DNA from: Endomicrobiales bacterium
GTDB taxonomy: Bacteria > Elusimicrobiota > Endomicrobiia > Endomicrobiales > JAFGIL01
Assembly: GCA_016929635.1 (NCBI GenBank)
Contig: JAFGIL010000050.1
Span: 22,067-86,066 of the forward strand
Reading direction: 5' to 3'
DNA: 64,000 nucleotides
Part shown: positions 20,108 through 29,119 of the stretch, in pieces
How the letters are laid out: every line of letters begins with the position of its first letter
How positions within the stretch are numbered: the stretch's first letter is position 1
Program-made: the position numbers and the translations under genes
Notes under the pieces: model-generated
The model's input: only the letters and a program-made list of their open reading frames with translations
Databases searched by the model: none
What the model was told of the DNA's origin: nothing

Positions 20108-20719
20108 TTATTCTTTATACAAATATACCAGTATCCTCATCTGATTTGCTTCCATCATGGCGGATATGGCTTTGATCTTTTTCATAAAGAAGTTGTAGAT
20201 AACAACCGAAGGAATAGCGATTGCAAGGCCTGCTGCTGTGGTTATCAGTGCTTCGGATATTCCAGCAGCAACAACTGACGGGCCGCCTGAGCCGGAAATC
20301 GCCAGGTCATGAAACGCCTTTATTATTCCTATAACCGTACCGAACAGCCCTATAAAAGGACAGATTGTACCCATAGTACCCAGTACAGTAACGAATTGTT
20401 CCATTTCCAGGGATTTGTCCAGACGGGTTGCATTCATGAGTTCTATTAATTGTTCCTTTGGTTTCTCATAGTTTAGAATAGCCACTTCTGTAAGCGCCGC
20501 CAGAGGGCTGGCCGAGGATTTGCATAAATCCAGAACACCTTTGTAATTTTTATCCTCTATAAGCTTTTTAAGGATAGTCATAAAGTTTTCCACATCAATG
20601 TGTATCTTTCTAAAATACCACCACCTCTCAATAGCAAAGCAGACGGCAATTACCGAGCAGAGGATAAGTATTATCATTGTAAAACTTCTCCGGATTACTT
20701 CAAGCAGGTCTACTGACAT
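20108..20719 (-). CDS. MotA/TolQ/ExbB proton-channel protein
   Basis: Three TM helices. GTMGTICPFIGLFGTVIGIIKAF and EALITTAAGLAIAIP are ExbB/TolQ hallmarks. Confidence 0.85.
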   Translation of the reverse strand: MSVDLLEVIRRSFTMIILILCSVIAVCFAIERWWYFRKIHIDVENFMTILKKLIEDKNYKGVLDLCKSSASPLAALTEVAILNYEKPKEQLIELMNATRLDKSLEMEQFVTVLGTMGTICPFIGLFGTVIGIIKAFHDLAISGSGGPSVVAAGISEALITTAAGLAIAIPSVVIYNFFMKKIKAISAMMEANQMRILVYLYKE

Positions 20720-20755
20720 AAAATGCCTCCTTATTCGTTTGTGGCTTTTGGTATT

Positions 20756-23700
20756 TTATTTTACAAGTATTATCTCAACCCTTCTATTCTTTTTTCTTCC
20801 TTCAGGTGTATCGTTGGTTGCTATGGGTTTCGTATCGCCGTATCCCTTTAAAACAAACCTTTCGCGCGGGATTCCGGAATCTTTTATTATAAAGTTCATT
20901 ATTGACTCTGCCCTTTTCTCTGAAAGTATCTGATTGTTGGGAAACTCCTGGTTGCTGATAGGCACATTATCCGTATGACCTTCAATGCTTACAGTCCTGT
21001 CAGGATACCTCTTAATCAGGCTTGCAGCTTTCTGCAGCGTGGCTTTTCCTTCATCTTTTATGCTGGCTTTTGCCGTATCGAAAAGGAACTCGGCTGCAAG
21101 AGAGATAACCATGCCTCTTTTTGTTTCCGCGAAGGAATATGTCGGGGCCAGCATCTGAATGGGTTTCTCTTCCGTAAGCACTGCTACCATGGGTTTTGAT
21201 GTATCTATTTCTATTTCAACCGGGCTGCTTTCTCCCATGTTTCCGACTTCATCCCTGATGTACAGTTTGGCCGTGTATTTTCCGTCAAGAAGGCTGGCAC
21301 CCCTGTCATTTTTTCCGTACCATATAATGTTTTGAGATGGCCTTCCGCTTCCCTTGAAAACTCTTCTTGCAGGGTTCGGGCCTATCGCTTCAAGTTTCCA
21401 GTCCATAATATCGCTTGCGTCGTTATATTCAAGCGTAAACGTTGCAGTGTCTTTTTCTCCGTCTTCGTTAGGGGAGAAAAGCGTGGGAGATGCGGATAAT
21501 TTTACCTCAGGAGCGGTGTTGTCAATCTTTACCCTTTCTTTCAAGGTAGTAGTTTTGTTACCTACAATATCCTCTGCCATGAAAATGTAGTTGTAAACAC
21601 CGTCCTTAAGAGATTGTTTTTCGTTGTCTTTTCCGTCCCACAGCACATTAAGGGGAGGATTGTCCTTTCCTGAGTAGCTTCTGCACAATTTATCCTTAAC
21701 ATCGTAAATTCCTACCTTCCAGGAGACCGCAGGGCTTTCGTCCTGATACACAAGAGCAAAAGTTGCATTGTCCTTGAAATCGTCGCCGTTCGGGGAAAAT
21801 ATGCCGGGCGAAACGCTTATTGACAGCTGGGGCTTTGTTGTGTCTATTATTATATTCTGGGCTACGGTTTCCACTTTATTGCCTGCTTCATCGTCAACAA
21901 CGAAAATAAAGCTGTACCTTCCGTCTTCAAGAGTCCTTTTATCGTCATTTTCTCCCAGCCATGTAACTGATGAGGGGGGATTGCCCAGCCCGTTAAACGT
22001 ACGCATGGCGACCCTGTTTTTTTCGATCCTCAAAGCCCAGCTTTTAATTTTATTAAAGGCGCTTGCGGTAAAAGTGAACTTCACTTCGTCCTTAAAACCG
22101 TCCGAATTCGGAGAGAATATCTCCAAATCCGATTTCACTGATATAACAGGTTTTGTTGCTCCTATAACAACCTTCTGGGTCTCGCTGGTTATGCTGTTTG
22201 CAACCATGTCTTCCGCAAATACATACCATAAGTAAGTACCGTCAGGGAGAACCACCCCGTCGTCCCCTTTGCCGTCCCATACAATTCCTTTCTTTTCTAT
22301 CTCAATCCCTTTAAACGTCCTGACTGTTTTGCCTGATTCGTTCTTAATGCCCAGCTTCCATTCCTTAAGAGGGCTTGCATCGTATATTTCGAGAGAAAAC
22401 TCAACTTCATCCAGGATTCCGTCCCTGTTGGGGGAGAAAAGCATCAAAGAAGTTTTTGAATGTATAATAGGAGCGGTTCTGTCCACCTGTATGGACTCGG
22501 GGGTTGTTTTTGTTTTATTTCCAGCCACGTCCTCTGCTTCAATCAGATAGTTAAAAATACCGTCCGCAACGTTATTTTCTTCATCGTCTTTACCGTTCCA
22601 TTTGATAATGTCTTTAGGATTATCGGATTTTCCTTCAATTGCCTTTATCTGTTTTCCTGTATCGTTTATAATCGAAAGCTTCCACATAACCTGGTGGCTG
22701 TCAGTAACGTTATAAGATAAAGTTGTTATGTCGAATATTTTGTCTCCGTTAGGGGAAAATATTTTATTGTCCGCATTAACCCTGCATATAGGGGGGGTGC
22801 TGTCTAAATCAATTATCACGGGCAGGGTTGAGACTGTATTGCCCGCGCTGTCTGTTTCAGACAGGACCAGATTATACGTGCCGTCCGTGCAGGTTTTTCC
22901 TTTTTCATCCAGGCCGTCCCAGATGATTCTCTGGGGAGGGGCTTTTTTCCCGCTGAAAGTTCTTACGATCTTGCTTTGGGAGTTTAGAACGTTTAATTTC
23001 CAGTGTTCCACGGCGCTGACGTCAGCAGCGAAAATACTTATATCGATTATGTCTTTAATGCCGTCATTATTCGGGGAGAATACTTTTGGTTTGGCTTTTA
23101 TTGAAGATACCTTCGCCTCGCGCACTAGCTGCAGCTGTTTTGTTGGTGTCTGGTCCCGGTTTCCTGCATTATCCTGGGCAATTAAATAAAAATTATACAT
23201 TCCGTCATTAACGTCCAGCCCAAAATCGTCTTTGCCGTCCCATATTATTGCCGGTTTCACGTCTCCTACCCCGGAAAACGATTTTACTACGTTATTATCC
23301 TTGTCAGCGATGTTCAGGAGCCAGCTGTTTATTCCGTTTAGATCCTGGGAGGTTAGGGTAAATGTGGCTTCGTCCTTTACTCCGTCCGCGTTAGGCGAAA
23401 AGATATCAAAGTCAACATCAGCAGAAGCCTTGGGTTTTGTATGATCGATAACTATTTCCTGGGGTTCCAGGGTTTCCTCGTTACCCGCATTTGTAATAAC
23501 GCTGAAAACATAATGATACACCCCGTCAAGGACCAGTATCTTGTTTAGGTTTCTTCCGTCCCACTCAAGGCGGGCGGGAGGCTGCCCGTCGCCTTTGAAT
23601 ATCCTTAATATCTTGTTGCTTTTATCCTTTATCGTAAAAGTCCATTTACTTATATCTTCCTTGGGAGTGCTTACTTGAAGTTTAAATATAGCAACGTCGT

Positions 23701-23803
23701 TAATACCGTCGTTGTTCGGAGAAAATATGGTCTTTGCGCTGCCGGCTGAGAAACACAGCATAAGCAGGCATATCATTGAAATTATTTTCTTGTTTATTTT
23801 CAT
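20756..23803 (-). CDS. 1015-aa secreted protein: 8 tandem FlgD-Ig-like repeats + OmpA C-terminal peptidoglycan-binding domain
   Basis: Eight units start with (I/V/L)FSPN.DG..D and contain W.L.I......V..F.G...PP..I.WDGKD..G....DG.Y. The C-terminus is IEGHTDNVPI...LSEKRA...NRRVEIILVK. Confidence 0.85.
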   Translation of the reverse strand: MKINKKIISMICLLMLCFSAGSAKTIFSPNNDGINDVAIFKLQVSTPKEDISKWTFTIKDKSNKILRIFKGDGQPPARLEWDGRNLNKILVLDGVYHYVFSVITNAGNEETLEPQEIVIDHTKPKASADVDFDIFSPNADGVKDEATFTLTSQDLNGINSWLLNIADKDNNVVKSFSGVGDVKPAIIWDGKDDFGLDVNDGMYNFYLIAQDNAGNRDQTPTKQLQLVREAKVSSIKAKPKVFSPNNDGIKDIIDISIFAADVSAVEHWKLNVLNSQSKIVRTFSGKKAPPQRIIWDGLDEKGKTCTDGTYNLVLSETDSAGNTVSTLPVIIDLDSTPPICRVNADNKIFSPNGDKIFDITTLSYNVTDSHQVMWKLSIINDTGKQIKAIEGKSDNPKDIIKWNGKDDEENNVADGIFNYLIEAEDVAGNKTKTTPESIQVDRTAPIIHSKTSLMLFSPNRDGILDEVEFSLEIYDASPLKEWKLGIKNESGKTVRTFKGIEIEKKGIVWDGKGDDGVVLPDGTYLWYVFAEDMVANSITSETQKVVIGATKPVISVKSDLEIFSPNSDGFKDEVKFTFTASAFNKIKSWALRIEKNRVAMRTFNGLGNPPSSVTWLGENDDKRTLEDGRYSFIFVVDDEAGNKVETVAQNIIIDTTKPQLSISVSPGIFSPNGDDFKDNATFALVYQDESPAVSWKVGIYDVKDKLCRSYSGKDNPPLNVLWDGKDNEKQSLKDGVYNYIFMAEDIVGNKTTTLKERVKIDNTAPEVKLSASPTLFSPNEDGEKDTATFTLEYNDASDIMDWKLEAIGPNPARRVFKGSGRPSQNIIWYGKNDRGASLLDGKYTAKLYIRDEVGNMGESSPVEIEIDTSKPMVAVLTEEKPIQMLAPTYSFAETKRGMVISLAAEFLFDTAKASIKDEGKATLQKAASLIKRYPDRTVSIEGHTDNVPISNQEFPNNQILSEKRAESIMNFIIKDSGIPRERFVLKGYGDTKPIATNDTPEGRKKNRRVEIILVK

Positions 23804-23819
23804 ACAGACACTCCCCTTT

Positions 23820-26800
23820 TTATTGCCCGGAGTTGATTTTTATTTTTAGTGCCGAAATCCTTGCTTTAACTGCATCAAGCCAGTCAGGTTTGTGATTCAT
23901 CTTGGAAGCTTTACTGTAAAGCTCCTGATACAATGCAAGTGCATCCATGGTTTGACCCCTGTTCTCGTAGTATTCTCCGAGCCTGATCATCGCATTCAGC
24001 GACCAATTGTCTATATTTTCCCGGGATACAAGCTTTTTATACTCTATTTCAGCGTTTTGGTAATCGTCCATGTTATGATAATTTTCCGCAATACGGAAGG
24101 TCAGGTTCTTCCATTCCTCGCTGTCATTCTTTACTTTCTGTCTGTTTTCGTTAAAACACTCGATTGCGCGCAGGTACTGGTGCTGTTCCTCATACATTGA
24201 GGCGATTTGCATACCCAGTTCGAAATCATCCTCTTTTTTAGCGTGTTTCTTCCTGTATGTATCTAAAATACTTGCAGCTTTCTCCCAGTTTTCAGTTTCC
24301 TTATACGCCATTGCAGCGTTGTAAAGAGCAGAGCTGATAAACTCCGTGTCAGGATATTTCTGTGCCAGTGCTTCAAAGGACTGTGCTGCCAGTTCATACT
24401 CCTTTATTTTAAAGTAAGATGACGCCAAGTAGAAATATGCATACTGTATGCGACTGTCTCCGGGGAAATTTTCCACAAACCGCTTATATGCGTTAGCTGC
24501 GTCGTTATATCTTTCCAGTTTATAGTATGAATTGGCAAGATAATAATTTGAATCAGCAAATTTATCGCTTTTCTCCAGCTCGCTCATGGTGCTTTCAAGT
24601 ATATCAATTGTTTCGTTGTATTTTTTGTTCTCAAATTTATTTTTTGCAAGCCTGAACCTGATTTCTATTGATATTGCATTACTGTATCCGAACAGCATTG
24701 ACAGGTTGTTTAACGCCGCAACAGCAAGGCTTTCCGCTTCAGGCACGTCCAGGAGGGCAGTAAGGAAATCCAGTGCATCTTTGGCTTCAGGTTCATCCGT
24801 AAAATTTTCTATTAATTCTTTTAATGCTTTTACCGCCAATGTATTGCTTTTTGAATTGTAATAACATTGTGCTATGCGAAGGTTTGCCTGTGCCAGTTCG
24901 TTTTTATCTTTTGCATATTTTTCTATTATCTGCGTGTATGTCTGGATGCATTTGTCGTAATGCTGAGCTCTGAAATACGTATCAGCAACTTTCCACAAAG
25001 CTTTTGACGCCTCAGGCGACTGCGGATATTTTCTTGCTATCTCTTCCCATATATCTATTGCCTGTCCAAAGTATTCAAGCTGGTAATAGCTGAGGCCCGC
25101 GCGGAAAGCAGCGCTTGGAGCAAGAGAGTGACCCGGGTTGTTCCTGTAAAAATCCTCAAAAATGCTTAAAGCTTTTAGGTATTCCTTTCTGTTAAATAAG
25201 GTATTGGCCAGTTCATACCTATTGTATAACGTTAGTTCTTCATCAGCGTTTTCCTGGAAAGAGTTGGTTTGAATTTTATCTCTTAATTTATTTGCCTCAA
25301 GGTAATCCTTGCTTAGAAAGTATGCCCATGCAGCGCCGTCCTGTGCATATACAAGAAGCGGGTCTGCAGGATAATGGGATTTTATTAAGGAATAAAGTTC
25401 ATTGGCCTCTTTGTAAAGCCCCTGTTTAAGAAATCCTTCCGCGATATATAGATAAGTTATCAGTCTCCATGAGCTTGTCTGCAGGGGGAAGTTGTTCAGG
25501 AGGTAATGATATCCCGACACAAGAGCTGCGTCATTGCCGTTTAAGTAGTTTGCCCTGCTCATAAGGGCAAACGCGGATTCCCGGAACTCCGACGGTTTCG
25601 TGGCGTCAATCGCCCTTTGATATGCAAGAACCGCATCATCATACTTTTCAAGGTTGCTTAAAACATTTCCCAATAACAGCTCAACCTGGGGAAGAAGCTT
25701 GTCTGCTGCAAACATTTGTTTAAATGTAACAAGCGAAGCTTTTGCATCCTGCATCTTGCCCATTTTATAATAGCACCAGGCCAGTTTATACTGCGCGACA
25801 GGAGCATACCTGTTTTCGTGAAAAGAGGATACCGTATCGGCATAAGCAAAGCTTGCTTCTTTATATCTTTTCTCTGTTAAAAACGATTCTCCAATTAGAT
25901 ATAAAGCCAAAGGAGAAAACTCTGATTTTGAGTCTATCTGAAGGAATGACTGGAAGTTGCTTCTTGCCAAAAGATAGCTCTTGTTTTTCAGGTATGAACA
26001 TCCTATTTTGAATATCGCAGGGCCCCGCAGGACGCTTTGAGGGAAAAGCTGCAGAAATTTTTCGTAGGTATTGATTGCACTGATATAGTCTTCAGCGAAG
26101 AAGAAGGCTTCTCCGATGTGATAGTACGCTCTTTCCTGGTAAGCTTCGTTGTCAGGATACTTGTTTATTAACTCCCTTAACTTCTCAACCGAGAACAGGG
26201 GTTTTTTTAATTGGATTAAAATTTTGGACTGGAACAGGAGTGATTCGGGAGACTCCACTTTTTCGAGGTTTTCAAGGGCGGTTTCGTATTCGCCCAGCTC
26301 AAAGTTTGCAAGTCCGAAGACGTAGTTAAACCTCTTATCATTGTTGTAAGCGGGCTGCTTTTTTACAATTTCCTGAAGCAGCTCCTGTGCTTTTTTACAG
26401 TCTTTAAGTATCACGTAACATTGAGCTTTTAAAAGACGGATTTCGTATATAAGATATCCGTTTTTATATTTTGATTCTGCCTTTTCGAGCACATCCAGTG
26501 ACTGCCGGTAATCACCGTCATTGTAATAAATTTCTGCAATGCTTAACGCGGCGCTTTGTGCCTGCGGGTGCGACTGGTATTTGCCGGTGATACGCTGGAA
26601 CTTCTTTAATGCCTCGGAAGATTTGGGATCCATGTCATAGAGGCACTCTGCAATCATAAACTCGGCCTCTGGCACCAAATCATCCCTTGGAAACTGTTTA
26701 ATGAATATCTGGAATTGTTTTATACATGCCTCTTTGTTGGTTTCAAACATTTTTGAGGCTCTCTGGAAAAGCTCAAGCGAAGATACTTTGGGTTTATCAG

Positions 26801-26882
26801 CGGCAAAGACATTACCATCAATAAGGAATATTGTTGTAATTATTAAAATTATTAATATGGCGTATTTCAGTTTTTCATGCAT
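23820..26882 (-). CDS. 1020-aa secreted TPR-repeat protein (CpoB/YbgF-like repeats)
   Basis: Signal peptide. The whole length carries repeated A..Y.LA.CYY..G.Y..A...F..F....P motifs. Confidence 0.8.
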   Translation of the reverse strand: MHEKLKYAILIILIITTIFLIDGNVFAADKPKVSSLELFQRASKMFETNKEACIKQFQIFIKQFPRDDLVPEAEFMIAECLYDMDPKSSEALKKFQRITGKYQSHPQAQSAALSIAEIYYNDGDYRQSLDVLEKAESKYKNGYLIYEIRLLKAQCYVILKDCKKAQELLQEIVKKQPAYNNDKRFNYVFGLANFELGEYETALENLEKVESPESLLFQSKILIQLKKPLFSVEKLRELINKYPDNEAYQERAYYHIGEAFFFAEDYISAINTYEKFLQLFPQSVLRGPAIFKIGCSYLKNKSYLLARSNFQSFLQIDSKSEFSPLALYLIGESFLTEKRYKEASFAYADTVSSFHENRYAPVAQYKLAWCYYKMGKMQDAKASLVTFKQMFAADKLLPQVELLLGNVLSNLEKYDDAVLAYQRAIDATKPSEFRESAFALMSRANYLNGNDAALVSGYHYLLNNFPLQTSSWRLITYLYIAEGFLKQGLYKEANELYSLIKSHYPADPLLVYAQDGAAWAYFLSKDYLEANKLRDKIQTNSFQENADEELTLYNRYELANTLFNRKEYLKALSIFEDFYRNNPGHSLAPSAAFRAGLSYYQLEYFGQAIDIWEEIARKYPQSPEASKALWKVADTYFRAQHYDKCIQTYTQIIEKYAKDKNELAQANLRIAQCYYNSKSNTLAVKALKELIENFTDEPEAKDALDFLTALLDVPEAESLAVAALNNLSMLFGYSNAISIEIRFRLAKNKFENKKYNETIDILESTMSELEKSDKFADSNYYLANSYYKLERYNDAANAYKRFVENFPGDSRIQYAYFYLASSYFKIKEYELAAQSFEALAQKYPDTEFISSALYNAAMAYKETENWEKAASILDTYRKKHAKKEDDFELGMQIASMYEEQHQYLRAIECFNENRQKVKNDSEEWKNLTFRIAENYHNMDDYQNAEIEYKKLVSRENIDNWSLNAMIRLGEYYENRGQTMDALALYQELYSKASKMNHKPDWLDAVKARISALKIKINSGQ

Positions 26883-26888
26883 AATTTA

Positions 26889-27470
26889 TTAAATTTCCGT
26901 AAATACCTTTTTTATATTCTTAATTAATGCTTCCTTTTTAAAAGGCTTATAAAGTACTTCATTAGCCCCTGCTTTTAAAATCTTTCTTTTGCGTTCTTCG
27001 GTATTATGTGCAGCTATAGCTAAAATTTTTATATTTTTGTTTCTTTTGTGGATTGACCTGCAGATTTTAAGGCCTTCATTATCCCTGGGTGTAATGTTTA
27101 CAACTACTAAGTCTGGGTTGAACTCGCTGATTGCCTGGCCTGCCTGGAAACCGTCAGAAGCGGTTTTTGTTAAATATTTATACTTATTTATGGTATTTCT
27201 GATTGATTTTTCAATATTTTTTAAAGTTTTATGATCCTTATCCACAATAAGCACCTTAATAAATGTGGATTTTGTTGATTCAAGGTCTTTGGGTATGGGA
27301 AAGTCATTTTTCTTTAAAAATTCAATCAAATCTTCTTTTGTTATTCTTCTATGGCCGCCCAGGGTTTTATATGCAGTAAGCTTGCCGGAGTTTATCCAGT
27401 CCACAATCGTTGGTGTACTGACACCGCAAATCCTGCTTATCTGGTATGTTGTGAAGTAAATACGTTCCAT
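26889..27470 (-). CDS. excisionase/MerR-type HTH + pseudo-receiver domain regulator
   Basis: HTH_17-like YQISRICGVSTPTIVDWINSGKLTAYKTLGGHRRI. In the receiver, the phospho-acceptor position reads PDLVVVNITP (Asn, not Asp) and the Thr/Ser position reads AIAAH. The conserved Lys (YKPF) is retained. Confidence 0.7.
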   Translation of the reverse strand: MERIYFTTYQISRICGVSTPTIVDWINSGKLTAYKTLGGHRRITKEDLIEFLKKNDFPIPKDLESTKSTFIKVLIVDKDHKTLKNIEKSIRNTINKYKYLTKTASDGFQAGQAISEFNPDLVVVNITPRDNEGLKICRSIHKRNKNIKILAIAAHNTEERKRKILKAGANEVLYKPFKKEALIKNIKKVFTEI

Positions 27471-27722
27471 AGGAATATGGTTTTTTTATAGAATCTTATG
27501 AATTTGCATTATTTGGTGTTTTTTGTGTTCTAAACTAACTATAACAGACAAACCTGTCAGTGTCAACATTTTTAATATCTGCCAAAAACCCGGATATTTT
27601 GACACGAAAATCAGAAGAAGAAGTTTTTAAGTTGAAAATAATTGCTAAAATCAGTATAATAATGATTCATTGTGAAAATGAGTACCCCGGTTTTCTGCGA
27701 AAACTGAACGAAGGGCGAAGAA

Positions 27723-27814
<92 letters not shown>

Positions 27815-28363
27815 CTACGCCCTACATGGCTTCGTCTGGCAAGTCCTCGATTCGCTTGTTTTTTACCACTTGACTGAGTTTAATGAATTATATAGAATAT
27901 GCGAATTGAAAATAGATGGTGGACGATTATGATGAAAATCTTCACTGTTTTTTTAAGTATTTTCTATATATTTTCTTATCTGAATTCCGGATATTTTTCA
28001 TATGATTCCAAATCAGATGATTATGTAATATCCAGGCCTTTCTATTTCACGAACTTATCTATAAACAAAAAAACTAGAAAAAACAGTACTGTAAACAAGA
28101 TGAGTCAATATTTAAATAAGTATACTCTTGTTTATGCTAAAACTAACTTCCTTTCAGGCATTTTTTTAAAAGTAGCAGACAAAACGAGTTTATTCGCACA
28201 CTTTTTACAAAACTTGCCTCTTTATCCGATACCGCCACCGGCTTTCTATTCTTTGTAGTAACCCTTACAAACAGTTCTCCAAAACAAATTTCTAAATTTA
28301 TATCCAATCTCATAGTACAGGAGAAATGAGATATATTTTTTATTTTTAAAAGAGGTGATTAAT

Positions 28364-28540
28364 ATGAGCAGGAAGTATCTGAAAGTTGTCCTGATTTTTT
28401 TGATATTTGCGTTTACTTTAACAAGCTGTATGAAAAAACAATCAGATGAAACAATTAGAAAGGCAATAAAAGATAAAAAATCCGCTAAAAATCAAAAAGC
28501 TGAACAGAGCATCCCTCCGGAAGATGCTATTTATTACTAA
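28364..28540 (+). CDS. small lipoprotein
   Basis: AAGAGGTG RBS and lipobox LTSC (MSRKYLKVVLIFLIFAFTLTSC). Confidence 0.45.
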   Translation: MSRKYLKVVLIFLIFAFTLTSCMKKQSDETIRKAIKDKKSAKNQKAEQSIPPEDAIYY

Positions 28541-28572
28541 AATCTAATTAGGTTAAATGGAGGTATTGGAAG

Positions 28573-28794
28573 ATGAACGAAAATATTGAGATTAAAAAGG
28601 AAGAGTATACTCCGAACAGCATTGTGTTCGGGTGGCTGATATTGGTTTTTGGAAGCATTCCGCTTATTATGGGTATCGGCGAGAAAAGAGATTTGATGCT
28701 GCTTATTGGCACAATTATGGAGTTGATAGCGGTTATTATGCTAATAGTTGGATACAAAAGAGCGTCTCAAAAGGAGGTGATTAAAAATGGGTAA
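28573..28794 (+). CDS. small 2-TM membrane protein
   Basis: GGAGG RBS and two hydrophobic helices. Confidence 0.45.
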   Translation: MNENIEIKKEEYTPNSIVFGWLILVFGSIPLIMGIGEKRDLMLLIGTIMELIAVIMLIVGYKRASQKEVIKNG

Positions 28795-28936
28795 AGACAA
28801 GAACAAAAACAAGCTCGATAAAAAAGACCATCAGAAAGTTCAGTCTCAACCTGGGTTTCAGTCACAACAACCTCAACAGGCTCAGTCAACTCAACAGACT
28901 GGCCACCCGGCAAGCCAGACACAGAAACCTAAGTAA
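28787..28936 (+). CDS. 49-aa Lys/Gln-rich small protein (not in the ORF track)
   Basis: ATG 7 nt after AAGGAGGTG. It overlaps the end of the previous ORF by 8 nt. Sequence MGKDKNKNKLDKKDHQKVQSQPGFQSQQPQQAQSTQQTGHPASQTQKPK. Confidence 0.3.
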   Translation: MGKDKNKNKLDKKDHQKVQSQPGFQSQQPQQAQSTQQTGHPASQTQKPK

Positions 28937-29119
28937 ACAAGACTGATCCTGCCAGAAGATTTTTATGCTTTATTCCCGAACTTCAGGGAAACGGGAGATT
29001 CTAATCAGGGTATATCTTGCTGTGTTTAAGAACACAAGACAGGTAAAGCTGCCGCCTGAACCCGAAAACTAATTCCGTAAGCAAGGCAGCTGTTATTTGC
29101 TATAATATTAACAGCTAAT

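Noticed and set aside
21354-23444. Series of plus-strand ORFs (70-155 aa) inside the 1015-aa repeat gene
   Set aside because: They mirror the periodic repeat structure on the opposite strand. The minus-strand frame encodes clear FlgD-Ig/OmpA motifs.
27899-28258. 119-aa ORF downstream of tRNA-Ser
   Set aside because: It has no RBS, aromatic/Asn-rich low-complexity sequence, and no motif. It might be a real small membrane protein, but I cannot support it.
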